Shown here piece by piece: positions 24,196-38,467 of a stretch of 64,000 bases of DNA. The translations under genes and the position numbers were made by a program. The notes below the pieces were generated by a model. It had not been told where the DNA came from. It did not search any database and saw only the letters and a list, made by a program, of their open reading frames with translations. The DNA is from Octopus sinensis (Eukaryota), in the NCBI RefSeq assembly GCF_006345805.1, contig NW_021832010.1, forward strand, positions 1 to 64,000, read 5' to 3'. The number at the start of each line of letters is the position of its first letter. Within the stretch, counting starts at the first letter, position 1.

Positions 24196-27100
24196 TTATT
24201 TTTTCCGAGCCAACGTCCTCTGCTTATTAGGATCCCCGACAATCTGTTCCTGAGTAACCAATCCCTTCCTCAGCCGAACTTCCTTCACAAGCTTGTCACC
24301 CAGTTGATCATCTCCACACTCCTCCCCCACTACCTCCCAATGTGAGAACTTGAACTGACAACTACACATCCCCCTCGTCCTACTTCTCATCTCCTCCTCA
24401 ATCCCGAATGAATTGACCATCGGAATATACCAATCACACATAAACACACTCAGATCATACAAGTCCTCACTGACCACCCTCCCTCCTCTCCTCCCAATAA
24501 CCCCTTTCACTTTCCCTGACCATTACTCTCCATAACTAACCAATCAGCCCACCCGGCACTCGGATACTCCCCAACAACACAGGCTGCACTAACCGTACTC
24601 CACATGATGACACCAATACACCCCAAATGGCATTCCTCACATCACAACTGACCTGTCCTGAGTGATGTGAGTGTCCTTCTAACTGTCGAATTGTGCAGCA
24701 TAATCCATGAAGGGGTTCCTCACACAGGGGGCCTGCCTCCATTGCTAACTTGAAACCATTAATCTAACAAATACAACATTCTGACATACAATTGAAGACA
24801 GAGTCGACTGATTCACCCCATCCATACCATTTATGAGAATATTTGTCGAATAAACAGCACAAATCTAATTGATGTTACCGATTACCTTATCAGAATCGAT
24901 CATTTCACACTCCTTCCTCAATAAATCGACACCAATGGAGTAGTCAGTCAACACTCGGACAACCTGAATGGGCAGTTGTTCCACACTTGAATCCAATAAT
25001 CATAATCTCACCCAATCTCACACTTTAGTGAATTTGAATGGACACACACAGTCAGGTCACCACACACCAAGCTTTCTCTGAATTGTACAATTGGGCGGGA
25101 AATCGAAAGTGGAACACGTGCAAATCTAATTCTGGTGGATCATTGAATCAACCGAGTCCTCAGATCCTCAATGCACTTGTCCAGATGCAACTGCCCAGCC
25201 ACTCTGATGACCTGTTCCCCCAAATTAGTCACGTGTGTCTCCACACAGGGGTCTGACAAATACAGCAACTCGAGCCCCTCCTTCAGAGCACTCATATCGT
25301 CTACAATGAGGGCAATGGGACCACCAATATTCTCAGGCTCCACCGAGACTGCCAGAATGGGAGTTGTCTCGTAGTAGAGGGGAGTCAAAGGGGGGAGATC
25401 TGCCCTGTCTGACAATGTGGCCGTCTTCATAAATCGACTTGACTCACTCCATGAGAACCCAAAAATATTCCCCGGACTGACCATGTCGACAGGAATCAGT
25501 TCCCGGCCCATAAAAATAAACAAATTCTCTATTTTAATCTTCTTTCCATGCTTATATGAGACAGGGAGTGTGGACGAGTCCTCAATCTAATTTACAAGTC
25601 CCACTTGTGTGATAACCAGTCGACTGTCATGTTTTGGTCCCAAAATAAACAGAGAGTCCCCCTTTCGAATTGTCCCACAAAATGACCGCGTAAAACCAAT
25701 ACAAAACTCAACAATATTTGATTCCGTTTGGTTAACCAATCTAATTAATTTAATATATATAATTTAACATTATTGCTAATTTATTACTAATTAATTATTA
25801 TAATACATTTGATATTTTCGTGGGAGTTCGTTTAGTGGGACGAAAACTAGTTTGCTCATAAAAGCAACCAAACTATTCCCATTAGGAGTAATATTAGTCA
25901 ATTCTACACATTGAATAAAACAATACACCATCCATCACATCACCAGACACCTCTCTTCCTCCCAATAGCCTACTAACCCTACGACAGTCCAAATCCAAGG
26001 GCGAAGGCAAAAACTCAACAACAACATCTAAAACACCCAAACCACAAAGAACCGAACACAGATTTATAAAGAGGCAGCCAATTCGACATTAGTAGAGACA
26101 CGTCAAAGGTCCCCACAAAGTTAACTTTATCAGACATTACCACTCTTCTTGCAATTCGACTGAACCGTTCAGAATCCCTTTGAAAGTAACTCACGTGGCA
26201 ATACTTATTATGTGCAGCTTCATAAACCGTCCAAATATTACTGAGAACAAAACTCTCAAAAATTGTCAGTTTGTGGCTTCCTGTACATTCCTCGAATTTT
26301 AGTGTTTTTGAACTCCAAAAATAATTTCCCCACATATGGGCGGCGACATCAAAGGCGGCTCGGTCTTTTATCTTTTTGGAAAACATTTCAGCGAATTGGG
26401 GAATACTTGGATTATATATATGTATTACGTAAAGGCCCAACCGTCCGTCGAGCTGCCGAAGATCACATTCCCCGCTTCAGGCGAAACATAATCGGCGGCA
26501 TTCTTTGAAGTACTTTGATCATGTTGGAATTGCTCAGATATAAAGTACTGGGCGATGATTGAATTTACCTAAAGTAATAAATTATATAATTAAATTACTT
26601 GTTCGACTATTTTTTTCAAATGTATAAATGATTGTTGTACAGTTAGATTGAGATGGGTGTACAGTTTGTCCATTTTGTTAAGAAAAATGACTATTTTGAG
26701 TCCCTCAGTCAAGGCTAGTCGTATGACTGAGTACGTCTAGACTGAGAGACCTCCCCTACCTGTGAACAGACTCCCTCCACCACATCAATGAGGATTATGG
26801 CGCCATCACACACCCGTATTCCCGCCGCTACTTCAAATGAAAAATCGATATGTCCAGGTGTGTCCACCAGGTTGATAAGATAAAGTGAATCTGCTATATA
26901 ATTAATTAGTTAATTAATTAAGACTAATTAATTAATTACTGTGGTTGTATAAGAGAGAGATGGCACTGGACTTCATAGTGATGCCCCTCTCTTGTTCGTC
27001 ATCCCTGCTGTCCATGTAACGAAGCTTAGAATGATAACAGATTGGGTAACCTCCCCTGCAATATTGTTGGAGATTATTCCATTAGATGCACAGAGAGAGT

Positions 27101-27231
27101 CAACAAGTGTAGTCTTGCCTTTAATATATATAAAGGGTAGTACCGTGGTCTACGTGGGCGAGGATACATATATTTCTTATACATTTCGTATTGGCTTGAC
27201 ATTTGGAGACCACGTCGTACAGTCTGTCCAT
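24196..27231 (-). CDS. EFL1: Elongation factor-like GTPase 1 (EFL1/Ria1), many micro-introns
   Basis: [13 protein letters not shown]|[91 protein letters not shown]-terminus RKGL...KQRTLARKK diagnostic of EFL1 rather than eEF2. Confidence 0.93.
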
Positions 27232-27309
27232 GTTACTATATATTTTATTACAAAATATACTATTTAATTTTTAGTAATTAATTTAAAATTAATTATTCTT
27301 GTTAGTAAA
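27232..27309. promoter_or_regulatory. 78-bp AT-rich bidirectional promoter between EFL1 and the HEAT gene
   Basis: The two divergent ATGs (27231 minus, 27310 plus) are separated by only 78 nt. Confidence 0.7.
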
Positions 27310-29636
27310 ATGGATGTGGATGAAATATACAGGAATATGCTGTGCAGTAATCAAAAGTTACAGCGAGACAAAGGCCTTATAAAATTATCTGAGAATTTAA
27401 ACCAATCAACGAGCAAAGAATGGATCCCCAAACTGTTGGAGACATTAGAGGACACAAACCACCCCTGGAATATCACATTCGGCTCACTCATATTCCTCAA
27501 AGAACTACTCCACTCCCAATTAGACACCAAACATGCCATAAATGTCACCAATATCCTCCTTCTCCACATGGAAGACCAGGAAGTGAGGGTTAGAGAAGAG
27601 TGTGGTTAACCTATATTTTTATTCCCGCCAAAATAGGCTCAGTCTTGGGTGTTCTTTACCAGAATAACGAGGAAAGCATTGGGTTTGTTGTTAGAAGAAT
27701 GTTGATTGATGGAATCAAGTCGAATGCAGTCAAATCTGCACAAATATCAGTCACAGTGCCATTAAAGAAAGAAATTGGCCCAAATAGGGCAGTTTGTGTG
27801 TCTCAGGTGGGTCAGTGGTCATCCATTCGTGTAGTGTGGGGTCTCGGCAGGTCAGATTGTGACTGAGTCCTCTGGCTGGAGACATCTCGACACTTGGCTG
27901 GGGTAATTAGTCCATGACATATCAGGGCTCTCTTCCTTGTGTTGGATTCTAATCGACACGTCTCTATTTTTGACAATGAAATGAATGCTACGGTTGACTG
28001 TGCATTTGCTACGGATAATCGTTTTGTAAAGGAAAAAATATTTCGGATTTTTGGACTGATTTTTGAGTCGTTGGATGAAAAGATTAGTTTTTTGATGTCC
28101 GAGATCAAAGCAAAGCAACTCAAAAGTGGCCTGTCTGATAATTGGAGCCAAGTAAATGACACTCTCCTTACAAATCCAGGTCAGACGGGCGGCTTTGGAA
28201 GCCACCTGGCAATTCTTCAAAGCCATTTCCCGCCTTGATTCATCAATGAAAAATAAATATTTATCGATTTTATTGCCACCTTTGTGTCTTAATAGGCACT
28301 ATTTGGGAGAGGGAGTCAGGTTGTTGGCTCAGAGGGCGTGGCCAGAGATCACTGGGAATGAGGGAAGGTCCCTGATTGAGCAGAACATGAAGGAGACGGT
28401 GGTTGGTTGGTTATATTTTGCAGGTTATTTATTATTTGGAGGAATGTCAGGCGGAGAATCACGCTGTGAGAGAATCGGCATGTTTGGCTGTGAACGAGTT
28501 GGTCTTGAAGGTCACAAAATGTGACAAAAATTGATAGATTGACCACCAAGTCATGGAACCTCATGTTAATTCATTTTTTGACATGTTTTTGACTTTATTT
28601 GGAGATGACAGTTGGCCTGTTCGACATGGTTAGTAATATATATTTATTATTCAGCTGCCTGTCTCTCCAGCAGTAGATTTATACTGAACTATCCATCTGA
28701 GGGAAGGTGATTATTCCTGATTATTCATTCTAGAACATTCATTGAACAGCTGTGGCCACTTTATCTGGTAAATCTCCGAGATTCCATATCCTACGTCCGT
28801 TCAGGGGCTGCAGTGGCCATTGCTAATGTGTGTGTGGCCTACAGTTATATATATAACATGTATGTTCTCAGGGGATTTCATTAAACGGGCATTGCGGGTG
28901 ATTACGAACGCATTCGACGCAATCAAGAAGCAGCCTGTAGTCCCGTTGCGCTTTAAAAACGTCGAGAAAGGACGGGCTACTTTCTCAGTGGCCAAGACAG
29001 TGCATGACAACGACGTGGAACTGCACAGTAATCAGCAGATGTACTCATGTGGGTCACTGGCTCCAAAGTTCTCCAGGAACACTTGTGGATGTTCATGTCC
29101 TTCAATATTATACAAGAAGGCAGAGGAGTGGGAGGAGGCTGAAGGGTTTGGGGGGTCAGTTTGATGGCATAGATGTCTCTATCTGTTGGCTGAGTTGTTG
29201 AAATGTGAGGAGGGGGAGGTGAGGAGTATATGTGGAGAGGACTGTCACGATTTACTCACATCCCTCGCTGTGGCATCCTCCTATCGGGAATATACCAGGC
29301 ACTGTGATTTCTTAAAGACATTGTGTGACTTGGTTGGTGCTGATTGGCTATTTAAGTTGCCTGGAATTGCGAGGGGAATTGGCGGGAAAAAATTTGAAGA
29401 ATATTTGGAATTGTTTTTTGAATCGATTTTTTATACATTGGTATAAATATTGATTGTAATTGAAGGAAGGTGATTTGGAGAGAATTAGCAAGTCGGGGGA
29501 GGTGTGTTTGCGTGACCTGGGATGTCTTGTTGGGATAAATGTGCTTTACTCTCGTGTAGAACAGTGGGACATTAGGCATTCACGTGGTTTGTTAGTTTTA
29601 GATGTTTGGGAGTATTAGAACGTGTTTTTAAGTCTT
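27310..29636 (+). CDS. Uncharacterised HEAT/ARM-repeat protein, multi-exon; 3' end approximate
   Basis: HEAT-type signatures EDQEVRVRE, GWRHLDTWL, NRFVKE, GLSDNWSQV|RRAA, LCLNRHYLGEGVR, AENHAVRESAC, DDSWPVR, DSISYVRSGAA, HSNQQMYSCGSLAPK; consistent GT-AG micro-introns. Confidence 0.8.
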
Positions 29637-29945
29637 AATAAATTTTATTCCTGTCTTAGTAAAGTATATAAAATGGTTTGATTGTAGGGTTAATTAGACT
29701 GGTACCTTTATTGGGCATATCTGGGAATGAGGGGACTGTCTTTTAGTAAAGAGGGACTTATTAGGAGTGTATGTGAAGTATATAAGTCTAAATTACTTAC
29801 AATCATATATATTAGTAAGTATTAACAGACGGTTTAGATTTGACGAAACAAGTCAACCAGGAGGTTAGAATAATATAATTTAAAAATTTTATTAATAAAA
29901 AATACAAACAAAATTAAAATTAAATAAAACTAAGACATGGCCTAT

Positions 29946-30569
29946 TTAAAATTTATTACTCTCCCGTTTATTTTTTTGTCGACGATTGCAAAACCACACT
30001 CGAACAGCTTCTTTATCAATACAAAGACAACTCGCTATTTCTGAAATTCTCCCCAAACTTGGTTTCTGATCAATACAAAAATGATTTTCAAGACACTTCT
30101 TGGTGGACTCTCGAAAACAAGTCCGCTTTTTCCTTTTTTTAGAAATCCTTTTTATTTTATCCATTCTTTCAAAATAAAAATAATGTTCGATATATTTTCT
30201 GACCCAAATATTCAAAAGAGGTCTCAATCTGCACATATTCTTAAAAGACAGCTGCAGTAGTTCAAATCTACATATGGTTGTCTGGGAAATCACACATCCA
30301 TGCTCCCTTTCTAATTCGTACCCCAAATCAGCCTGAGTGTACCCAATTTTTAGTCTCAAATTCTTCAAAACACCTGCAAATTCCTTCATTTCAAGCACGT
30401 GACAATCGTCTTCACTCTTCAGCATATGGACAGGTGGATTAGTCCTTGATTTTATTGTCTCGGCGTTTGGAAAGTCACGTTTTTCGAGATTGGGTTGCTC
30501 GAATGCTTGTTGTATAAAGAAACAATTGATTTGATCAGTTGAATTGAAAAAAGTTATGAAATGATCCAT
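29946..30569 (-). CDS. POU-domain homeobox transcription factor (divergent, closest to class III/V pattern); an upstream exon is possible
   Basis: POU-specific GYTQAD...SQTTICRFELLQLSFKNMC; homeodomain KRKKRT...VRVWFCNRRQK. First in-frame ATG at 30569. Confidence 0.93.
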   Translation of the reverse strand: MDHFITFFNSTDQINCFFIQQAFEQPNLEKRDFPNAETIKSRTNPPVHMLKSEDDCHVLEMKEFAGVLKNLRLKIGYTQADLGYELEREHGCVISQTTICRFELLQLSFKNMCRLRPLLNIWVRKYIEHYFYFERMDKIKRISKKRKKRTCFRESTKKCLENHFCIDQKPSLGRISEIASCLCIDKEAVRVWFCNRRQKNKRESNKF

Positions 30570-31709
30570 TGACTTATTTCGCTGTAGAAATACATTTTGG
30601 CGCAAACATTTGGAATTTATATTGAATATATTATCGTTTTTTAGTTGAAAATGTATTTTTGGTCAAATTAATGACTATATTTATCGATGTTGTAGAATAT
30701 ATATGTATAGTTTGAATATATGATTAAGTAAATTAATTCTTCTGACCCAAATACCCTAAAAAATAGGTCTGAAGATTCAATGGTTTTAAATTCAGTTTTC
30801 AACATGCAAGTTTTTTAATATTTATTTTACAATGATTCCCCATTTTAGAAAATAATGTCTATTCTTAAATGTAATGAATTTCTAGCCAAACTGAGAGACC
30901 GATCTCAGATTTCCATAATTTTAGCTGCTTCTCAGGAAGTTCCGATTATTTTTAAATGTTTTTGTCTAGTCTATTTATGGAGTTATTTTTGATGTGATTG
31001 GTCGTACGCTCTATGTTCTTTTTTTGCAGTCTGCGGAGGAAGGTTTTTGGTAGATTATCTTTCTGTTAAGACTAGAATGTTCTGGTTTATTTGTTGTAGT
31101 CAATTATATTGGATCTGCGGTGATTTTCTATTTGGATTACTTATTTTATATTCAGAATTATTATATTTTTTGGTTCCCCATTTTCATGGGAATTTTATTT
31201 TAATAAAATTTTTATTTTGATATTAAAATATGTCTAGGAAACAATTTTATTAAATTGAAATTAAGAAGATACTATCGATGGACTATTTTAAGATTTATTT
31301 TAATTGATAATTTTATATTCATAAAACCTTTTTGGATTAGGTCAGGGATTCTTAACTGCAGCTTACTAGAATTCAATTTTATCTTCGAAAGATTCGGGAA
31401 AGTTAAATTGACTTATTTATCACGTTGAATTATTCGGATTGTTATGTTAAATTGGTAGATTTAAAAAAATTTTAAAAATTTTAATGCTACATAAATTTCA
31501 GTTCTCAACTTTCGAAGTCCATTTATTTGTACTTAAAAACACGGCTTAAAACAGAAAAAAAAATTCATGCATAATTTTGGATAACATGCTTTGAAATCTA
31601 TTGTTTTGCAGTAATTGACGAATTCAGGAATTACAAAATTGAAGACTCAATTTCGTTTTATCCTGAGCCGCGTCACGTAACATGTTGTTATCCTCTCCAT
31701 CCTTTAGAC

Positions 31710-33256
31710 CAGGGGTGCGCAAGTGCGGCCGTGAGTCGACGAATGTGCGGCCGTGGGCACAATTAGTTCATCGAGCAACTAATCTTAAATATAATGCTCA
31801 TAGTATTAATAAATCAAGAAAAACCCTAAATAATAATTAAAAATATTGATATTAAATAAAATTCTATTTTTATATAATGGTTAACCTTTATTAAAAGTAA
31901 TTATCATAAACGGCTTAATTTATTTATGTCATTACCTGTTAAAAGACGACGTTCTTTGAATTAAGAAAAAAGAAAATTTAATATCAACTGTGAAAGTGAA
32001 TACTTCGTAGTCGAAACAGACAACAATAGCATACAATGCTTATTGTGCCATGAGATTGTGAAAACTATAAAACGGGACAATGCTAAACAACATTTTCAAA
32101 GACATTTAGACTACCTAGTTGTCAAGTCCAAGTGTTCAAGAGAAGATTCCGTCGAAAATTTGAAATACAAATTAAGACAACAAAAAAAATGTTTAAAAAC
32201 TTTTTTAAATGTGGCAAATGCAAGAATTGAAGCATCCTTTCGAGTTGCTCATATCCTTGGATCTGCTGGAAAACCTTTTTCAGACGGCGAACTTATGAAA
32301 AGATGTATCATGGAATCAGTTAAATGCATTGATCCTGACAAGGAGCATAACTTTGAAGCAATTCCACTTTCACGTGACAAAATTCAGCACCGAAAGTTTC
32401 ATATTGCCGAGCATCTTAATCTATCACTCCTACAAAAATTAAATTCTCAAACTACGTTATTTTCACTTGCCATTGATGAGTCGAATGATATATGTGATTC
32501 TGCTCAGCTGATCATATTTATTCGTACTCTATCCTTCGATTTTGAAATACATGAGGATTTTCTATCCACGAAGTCACTACCTGGAAATGTACGGGGTCAA
32601 GATATATTTAAAATAGTTAAACAATGTTGTTTGGAATTCAAATTGGACATGACATGTCTAAGAGGAATATGCACAGATGGCGCACCAGCAATGTTGGGTA
32701 GAAAACAAGGATTTGTTGCACGCCTAACTGAATATGTCTCAGAAAAGTATAACAATAAATCAGTTATTGGCAAGAAATATTCTCGTTGTATTCGGAAGAA
32801 CATATTTATGTGAGTCTACATTTTCCAAAATGAAATATTTAAAAAGTCAATATAGATCTCGGATAACGGATGCAAACTTAGAGTCATGTTTGCGCCTAAT
32901 GATATCTATCCTACCAGTGGATTTCAATAAGCTCGCAAAAAATACCAAAGATCCTGGCCGTCATTAGAATAACTTGTATAGTACATTTCTTTTAATTAAT
33001 TTTCCTTCTTTCTTATATTTTTTCCATGAAATAATTATTTATTTTAATAATATAATGTCGCTGATGAACGAGAGCATTTCCTGTCCAAGAACTCATTCGG
33101 TCTCGATGACAATGGGCAACTTATGCGGTCACTTTTAATAATTAAAAAAATTACTATATTAATATCGAAAAAATAATGCAGAAAATGTGCGGCCGTGGAA
33201 GAGAAGGAAAAATAAATGCTATGCGGCCGCAAACCCAAAAAGCTTGCGCATCCCTG
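31710..33256 (+). mobile_element. hAT (Buster/SPIN-like) transposon, internally deleted, 1547 bp, 8-bp TSD CTTTAGAC
   Basis: TIRs CAGGGGTGCGCAAG / CTTGCGCATCCCTG; identical CTTTAGAC at 31702-31709 and 33257-33264; transposase motifs KPFSDGE, SLAIDESND..DSAQL, TDGAPAMLG, TYLCESTFS. Confidence 0.95.
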
Positions 33257-33269
33257 CTTTAGACGCTTG

Positions 33270-34000
33270 AGATCCTGTTTTTGAGATCCTTGCCTTTGAC
33301 CGGCTTTCTAAGCGTGTTGCGTACAAGGCAAAGTGATTCTCCATGGCCGCGTACGCGGGGACATTCCACTGCATCCAAACAGCCTCCATCTTGCCTTCAC
33401 AATGTCCTCCTAGATTGTGATTCTTGTTCTCTAGTAGAGGATTCTGTACACCACTTTAGATTGATTTTGCGAAGACAGGATTTGTCGTATCTGATCTGTG
33501 TGAAATAAGTTCAGCTTTTAGTATTTCTGTCTTTAACATGTCTATATTTTAGAAGAGTATGAATGCATTGTAGAGACGAACTCTTGTTCTCACCTAAAGT
33601 CCTCTAAGATAAATTGATGAAAATTACAATTGATAAGATAATTAAAGTATTGAAGCTGGTGAACAGATCGTATTGTAATTTCCCCGAGTTGATTGAGTTG
33701 TTTAGCTATCTGTTCAATCTGTAATGAAGAAAAATTTAATTCTGATTTAAATATCAAATATTTTTGAAGTTTTCAATATAAAAAATAATATATGACAAAT
33801 AATAAGAGTTCAGAATAGAATTTGTCTTGGGATTGTGGATTCCTGCGGTAAAGAAGTTGGTCTGTCCCGTCGGAACATGTTAATTAAATTTTTTCAGAGC
33901 CATAATCAGTGACGTTGCTTTTTAAGAAGTGATCCTTTTTTAATAATAATTATAGAGATCGAGGTCTGTTTCCGTACGAAAACAATATTTCAATTTTGTG
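33270..34000 (-). mobile_element. RTE-like non-LTR retrotransposon fragment
   Basis: FFTAGI(PQ) RT motif and 3' region FH.DQIRQIL...DIVKARWRLFG...PAYAAMENHF. Confidence 0.65.
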
Positions 34001-34489
34001 AATGGGATCAGACAAAAATTTATCTTCATATGCTCCTTCTTAGTCTAATGGTAATGACAATCTTCCATGTAAATTAAGTACATTTAGAGAAAATGCTACT
34101 TTTCCCTTCATTTTATACAAATGTCACCCTGGCACTGTTTCTGGGTAATTTTCTTTGCATTAAAAAATTTCAAAAAAAGTGAACTTGAAACTTTTAGTTT
34201 TCAGTTTCATCAAATTCATGTCTTGTTATCTAGACTCTCACACAAGAAGACGTATAATAAAATATTTTTTGTCCATATGTAGCTCTTACTCGAACAAATA
34301 ATTTCCCGAAAAAACTTTATTAGAGCTGAATTGTGAACACTAATGCTTATTACGTAAAGACTAATGCTTGCGCTTTCAATGTTTAAGCTCGTAAACCCTA
34401 TAATATATGAGGTTTATATAATCAGATTTTAGAATATTCGAAAACCACATGACATAATAAATATATTATAATAATCCCCAGTAAAAAAA

Positions 34490-35210
34490 TAATAGAACAA
34501 CGATTAAATCGGAAAGGGCTTTGCTATATGCTTTGAAATAAGAATAATAAAGGCATTTCATAGTATTTCCATACTCTTCTAAGATTTTGAGAGCACAGTC
34601 AGGTCTATGAGCAAGCAGAAAGGTATATAGATCTCTAAAAATAATTATAAGAAGCAAACCTGTGCTCCATAAGTGTTTCCTGAAGGTATTGATAATTTGA
34701 AAAAGTCCCTCGCAGTTCATATATTTTTGAATTCAAAAAATCATGTATTTTTGTAGAAGCCTTAATGGAAAATTAATATCAAACATGTTTGATGACTATC
34801 TCTAAATTTCAATCACCTCTTGACAAGCTTTTGGTTTTTCCCCGTCAAAATTCGTTATAAATTGCATTTTTCGATCTAACATTTCAAGTTGGTTTTTAAA
34901 CTCGCTTTCAGTGACTGGCAAGTTAATTATAATTCTAAAACATATTCCATTAATTAAAATAATTAGAAAAATTTAAATATGTAATAATGAAACATCTTTG
35001 GATTGTTCCAATTGTTTCTTAGCATCTTTGATATAATCGTCGAGGCTTATGTCCTTAATAGCATAGCTATTGAGCTAATCAACCTTATTAAGAGAAAGTT
35101 TCATTACTTCATCAGAAATCAATTCGTCGTCGTTCACTATTCTAGTAAACAAAATATTTTAATTACATGTCAGTAATTCAAGTAACTCTTTATCTTCCTT
35201 TGTACACATT
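34490..35210 (-). pseudogene. VPS52: VPS52 (GARP complex) fragment, internally deleted and 3'-truncated
   Basis: SLDDYIKD...VSLLH, IINLPVTESEFKNQLEMLDRK, KASTKIHDFLNSKIYELR..FSNYQYLQ, EEYGNTMKCLYYSYFKAY align to Vps52. About 75 aa are missing between SLLH and IINLP, and no downstream half is seen. Confidence 0.7.
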
Positions 35211-36539
35211 AAATAATTAGCCACATAGGTCAATTCATACTATTTTATTAAAAAAAATTTCAATTAAAAAGTTTTTTTGTACAGAAAATAATTTCAAAAT
35301 AAACTAACTCTGTTTTGAGTACATTTCTCTTTTCGAAAAAACAGATTGCACGTAATAATATCCAAAAAAATATTTAATTCATTTCTTTTCAATATAAAAA
35401 GTGGTTAATCAAGTTCGTTTCACGTATGTAGAGGATATCTACAATACGACAAATTTGATATAAGAAGTGTTAAGCCATAAAAGAACATATTATGTGGTGA
35501 CAGCATATCTCCATTATTTCGATTAGCGTTGGCTACTTGTTGCTATTAGTAAAGCTTAACTGAGGCTATCAGCACAAGTTTGCTGTCCAACTCACTCACC
35601 CAGGTCGATCAATCTTATTGCGGTTTGTCCATCCTTCTTTACAAAATCTCCTTAAAAGTGGCAACATTTAGTTATTCGTTTGGTTCTTTTATAGTTTTGC
35701 AGATTCTTGGTTGAATTTTCAAAATTTTTTCCCGATTGGTGTATTGTATTTCCCCGCACTGCAACAGGCGTAACTAATCGTAAGTTCCATGTACTGCTCA
35801 TAGTCGGTTTGGCGAGTGGCAAGACTCTCCATTGCCTGTATTTTGGAAGAACTCTGAGTATGTTGAGTTTCTTCATACATCTTGTGATCCGGTTCCAGTT
35901 GGCTCTCATTATTTTTTGAATCCCTAAATAATTAGATTTTATAAATTCAAAAATAAATTATTTTAGTTATATTATAATAAAAAGATTTCAAACATAATAT
36001 AATTAGATAACCGTGTTACTTTTCGTATTTCGTGTTGTTGTTCCACATTGTTTAATTTATTTTTCAAATTTTATTCTATTATTATATTGAAAGTTCTTAT
36101 TTGTATTAAAATTGATTAAATATATTGTCCACTTATAGAATTTCTTATAATATTCGATATTCTGTAAGTGAATTGGCTTTACTTTCACAATAGTTTAATC
36201 TTTTTTATCTTAATCATTTTATATCTTTGTGGTATTCTACACAACCATTTTGTTGCCAATTTTTATTAATAATTTTACTGCATGAGTGAATGACCTCTTT
36301 TTCTATTTTAATTCTGTGTCATTTATTTTTTCCAGTTAATTAAATCTGCAAAATTTGCAAAACCACCGAGTGAATGAGTCTGTGAGAACTCGAATTGATT
36401 AGTTTTATTAATATAATACTGTTCCAAGTATTTAATTAATAGTGGATTAATTGAGCTATGATAGCCCAATCTCGTAAAGTAAAATGTGATGGTAAAGCTA
36501 CTAAAATCAATAAATCTAATCTTAACTTTTTTAAAGTTT

Positions 36540-37130
36540 TTATTAATAAAAAGACAAGAGAAAAATGGGCATTGGCAGATAGCCAGAGTATTGCCTCTGA
36601 CTATGGCTATTCGTTCGATTAAATACCGGTGCTCACACGGGTCGCCAGTAACCCTTTCCATTATTGAGCCAATCTGTTGAAGTAGGCTCCGAGTAGTAAG
36701 CCCTTGTATTCCTGACGTCTCAACAGCCAAGGGAACAAACACTCTGCCATTCCCAATTCCAGTGTATTTCTCACTCTTTCTCTTTTCAGCCCGTTCAGAC
36801 GGGGCTCCCGGATTTTCGATACTTGATATTCTGATTGGAAAAGGAGTTCACGCACGTGACGTTCCAAACCAGACACTTTTCCCTCTAAAAAGGAAAGGTG
36901 GTCATCCCATCGGGTCTTCTGCCCTCCTCTAAAAAATCCCTGCAGGTTCCAATTGTGTGTGGAATCCAGCAGTTCGGAGAGATCGACAGATGATTAGGTT
37001 CAGTTCGGAATTTCGTAAGAACGTCCAATTCCGTTTCGGCATGAGAGGAAGTGATATCCAAACTTGTCAGTCCATACGCCACAGCTCATTGGTGTTTTGC
37101 ATAAACGAGCAGACCAAACCTCATCAACGT
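36540..37130 (-). mobile_element. CRE-like RLE retrotransposon 3' fragment
   Basis: GRRPDGMTTFPF*RGKCLVWNVTC, FVPLAVETSG, TGDPCEHRYLIERI...RGN. Confidence 0.75.
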
Positions 37131-37349
37131 TAAATCCAGTTTTTGCCGAAGACTTCAAAAAATGAAGATCTTTCTTCTAGACAAAATTTTTTCCTTCTAT
37201 CTCCGAAACAACTCGCTTGTCCGATAAATCACTAAAAACAAAATTTCCTTAAAAAACTACTTTTTGTTCCCTACTAAAGTCACCTACATATCTCCAAGGC
37301 AATTCTTATGGAAGCGACGTGGTCAAATGATTCTCGGCTATAGAATAGA

Positions 37350-38467
<1,118 letters not shown>

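Noticed and set aside
21400-29600. Higher-GC block as a horizontally acquired island
   Set aside because: It contains ordinary eukaryotic genes with the same micro-introns; exons of ST13 and PCNA are similarly GC-richer.
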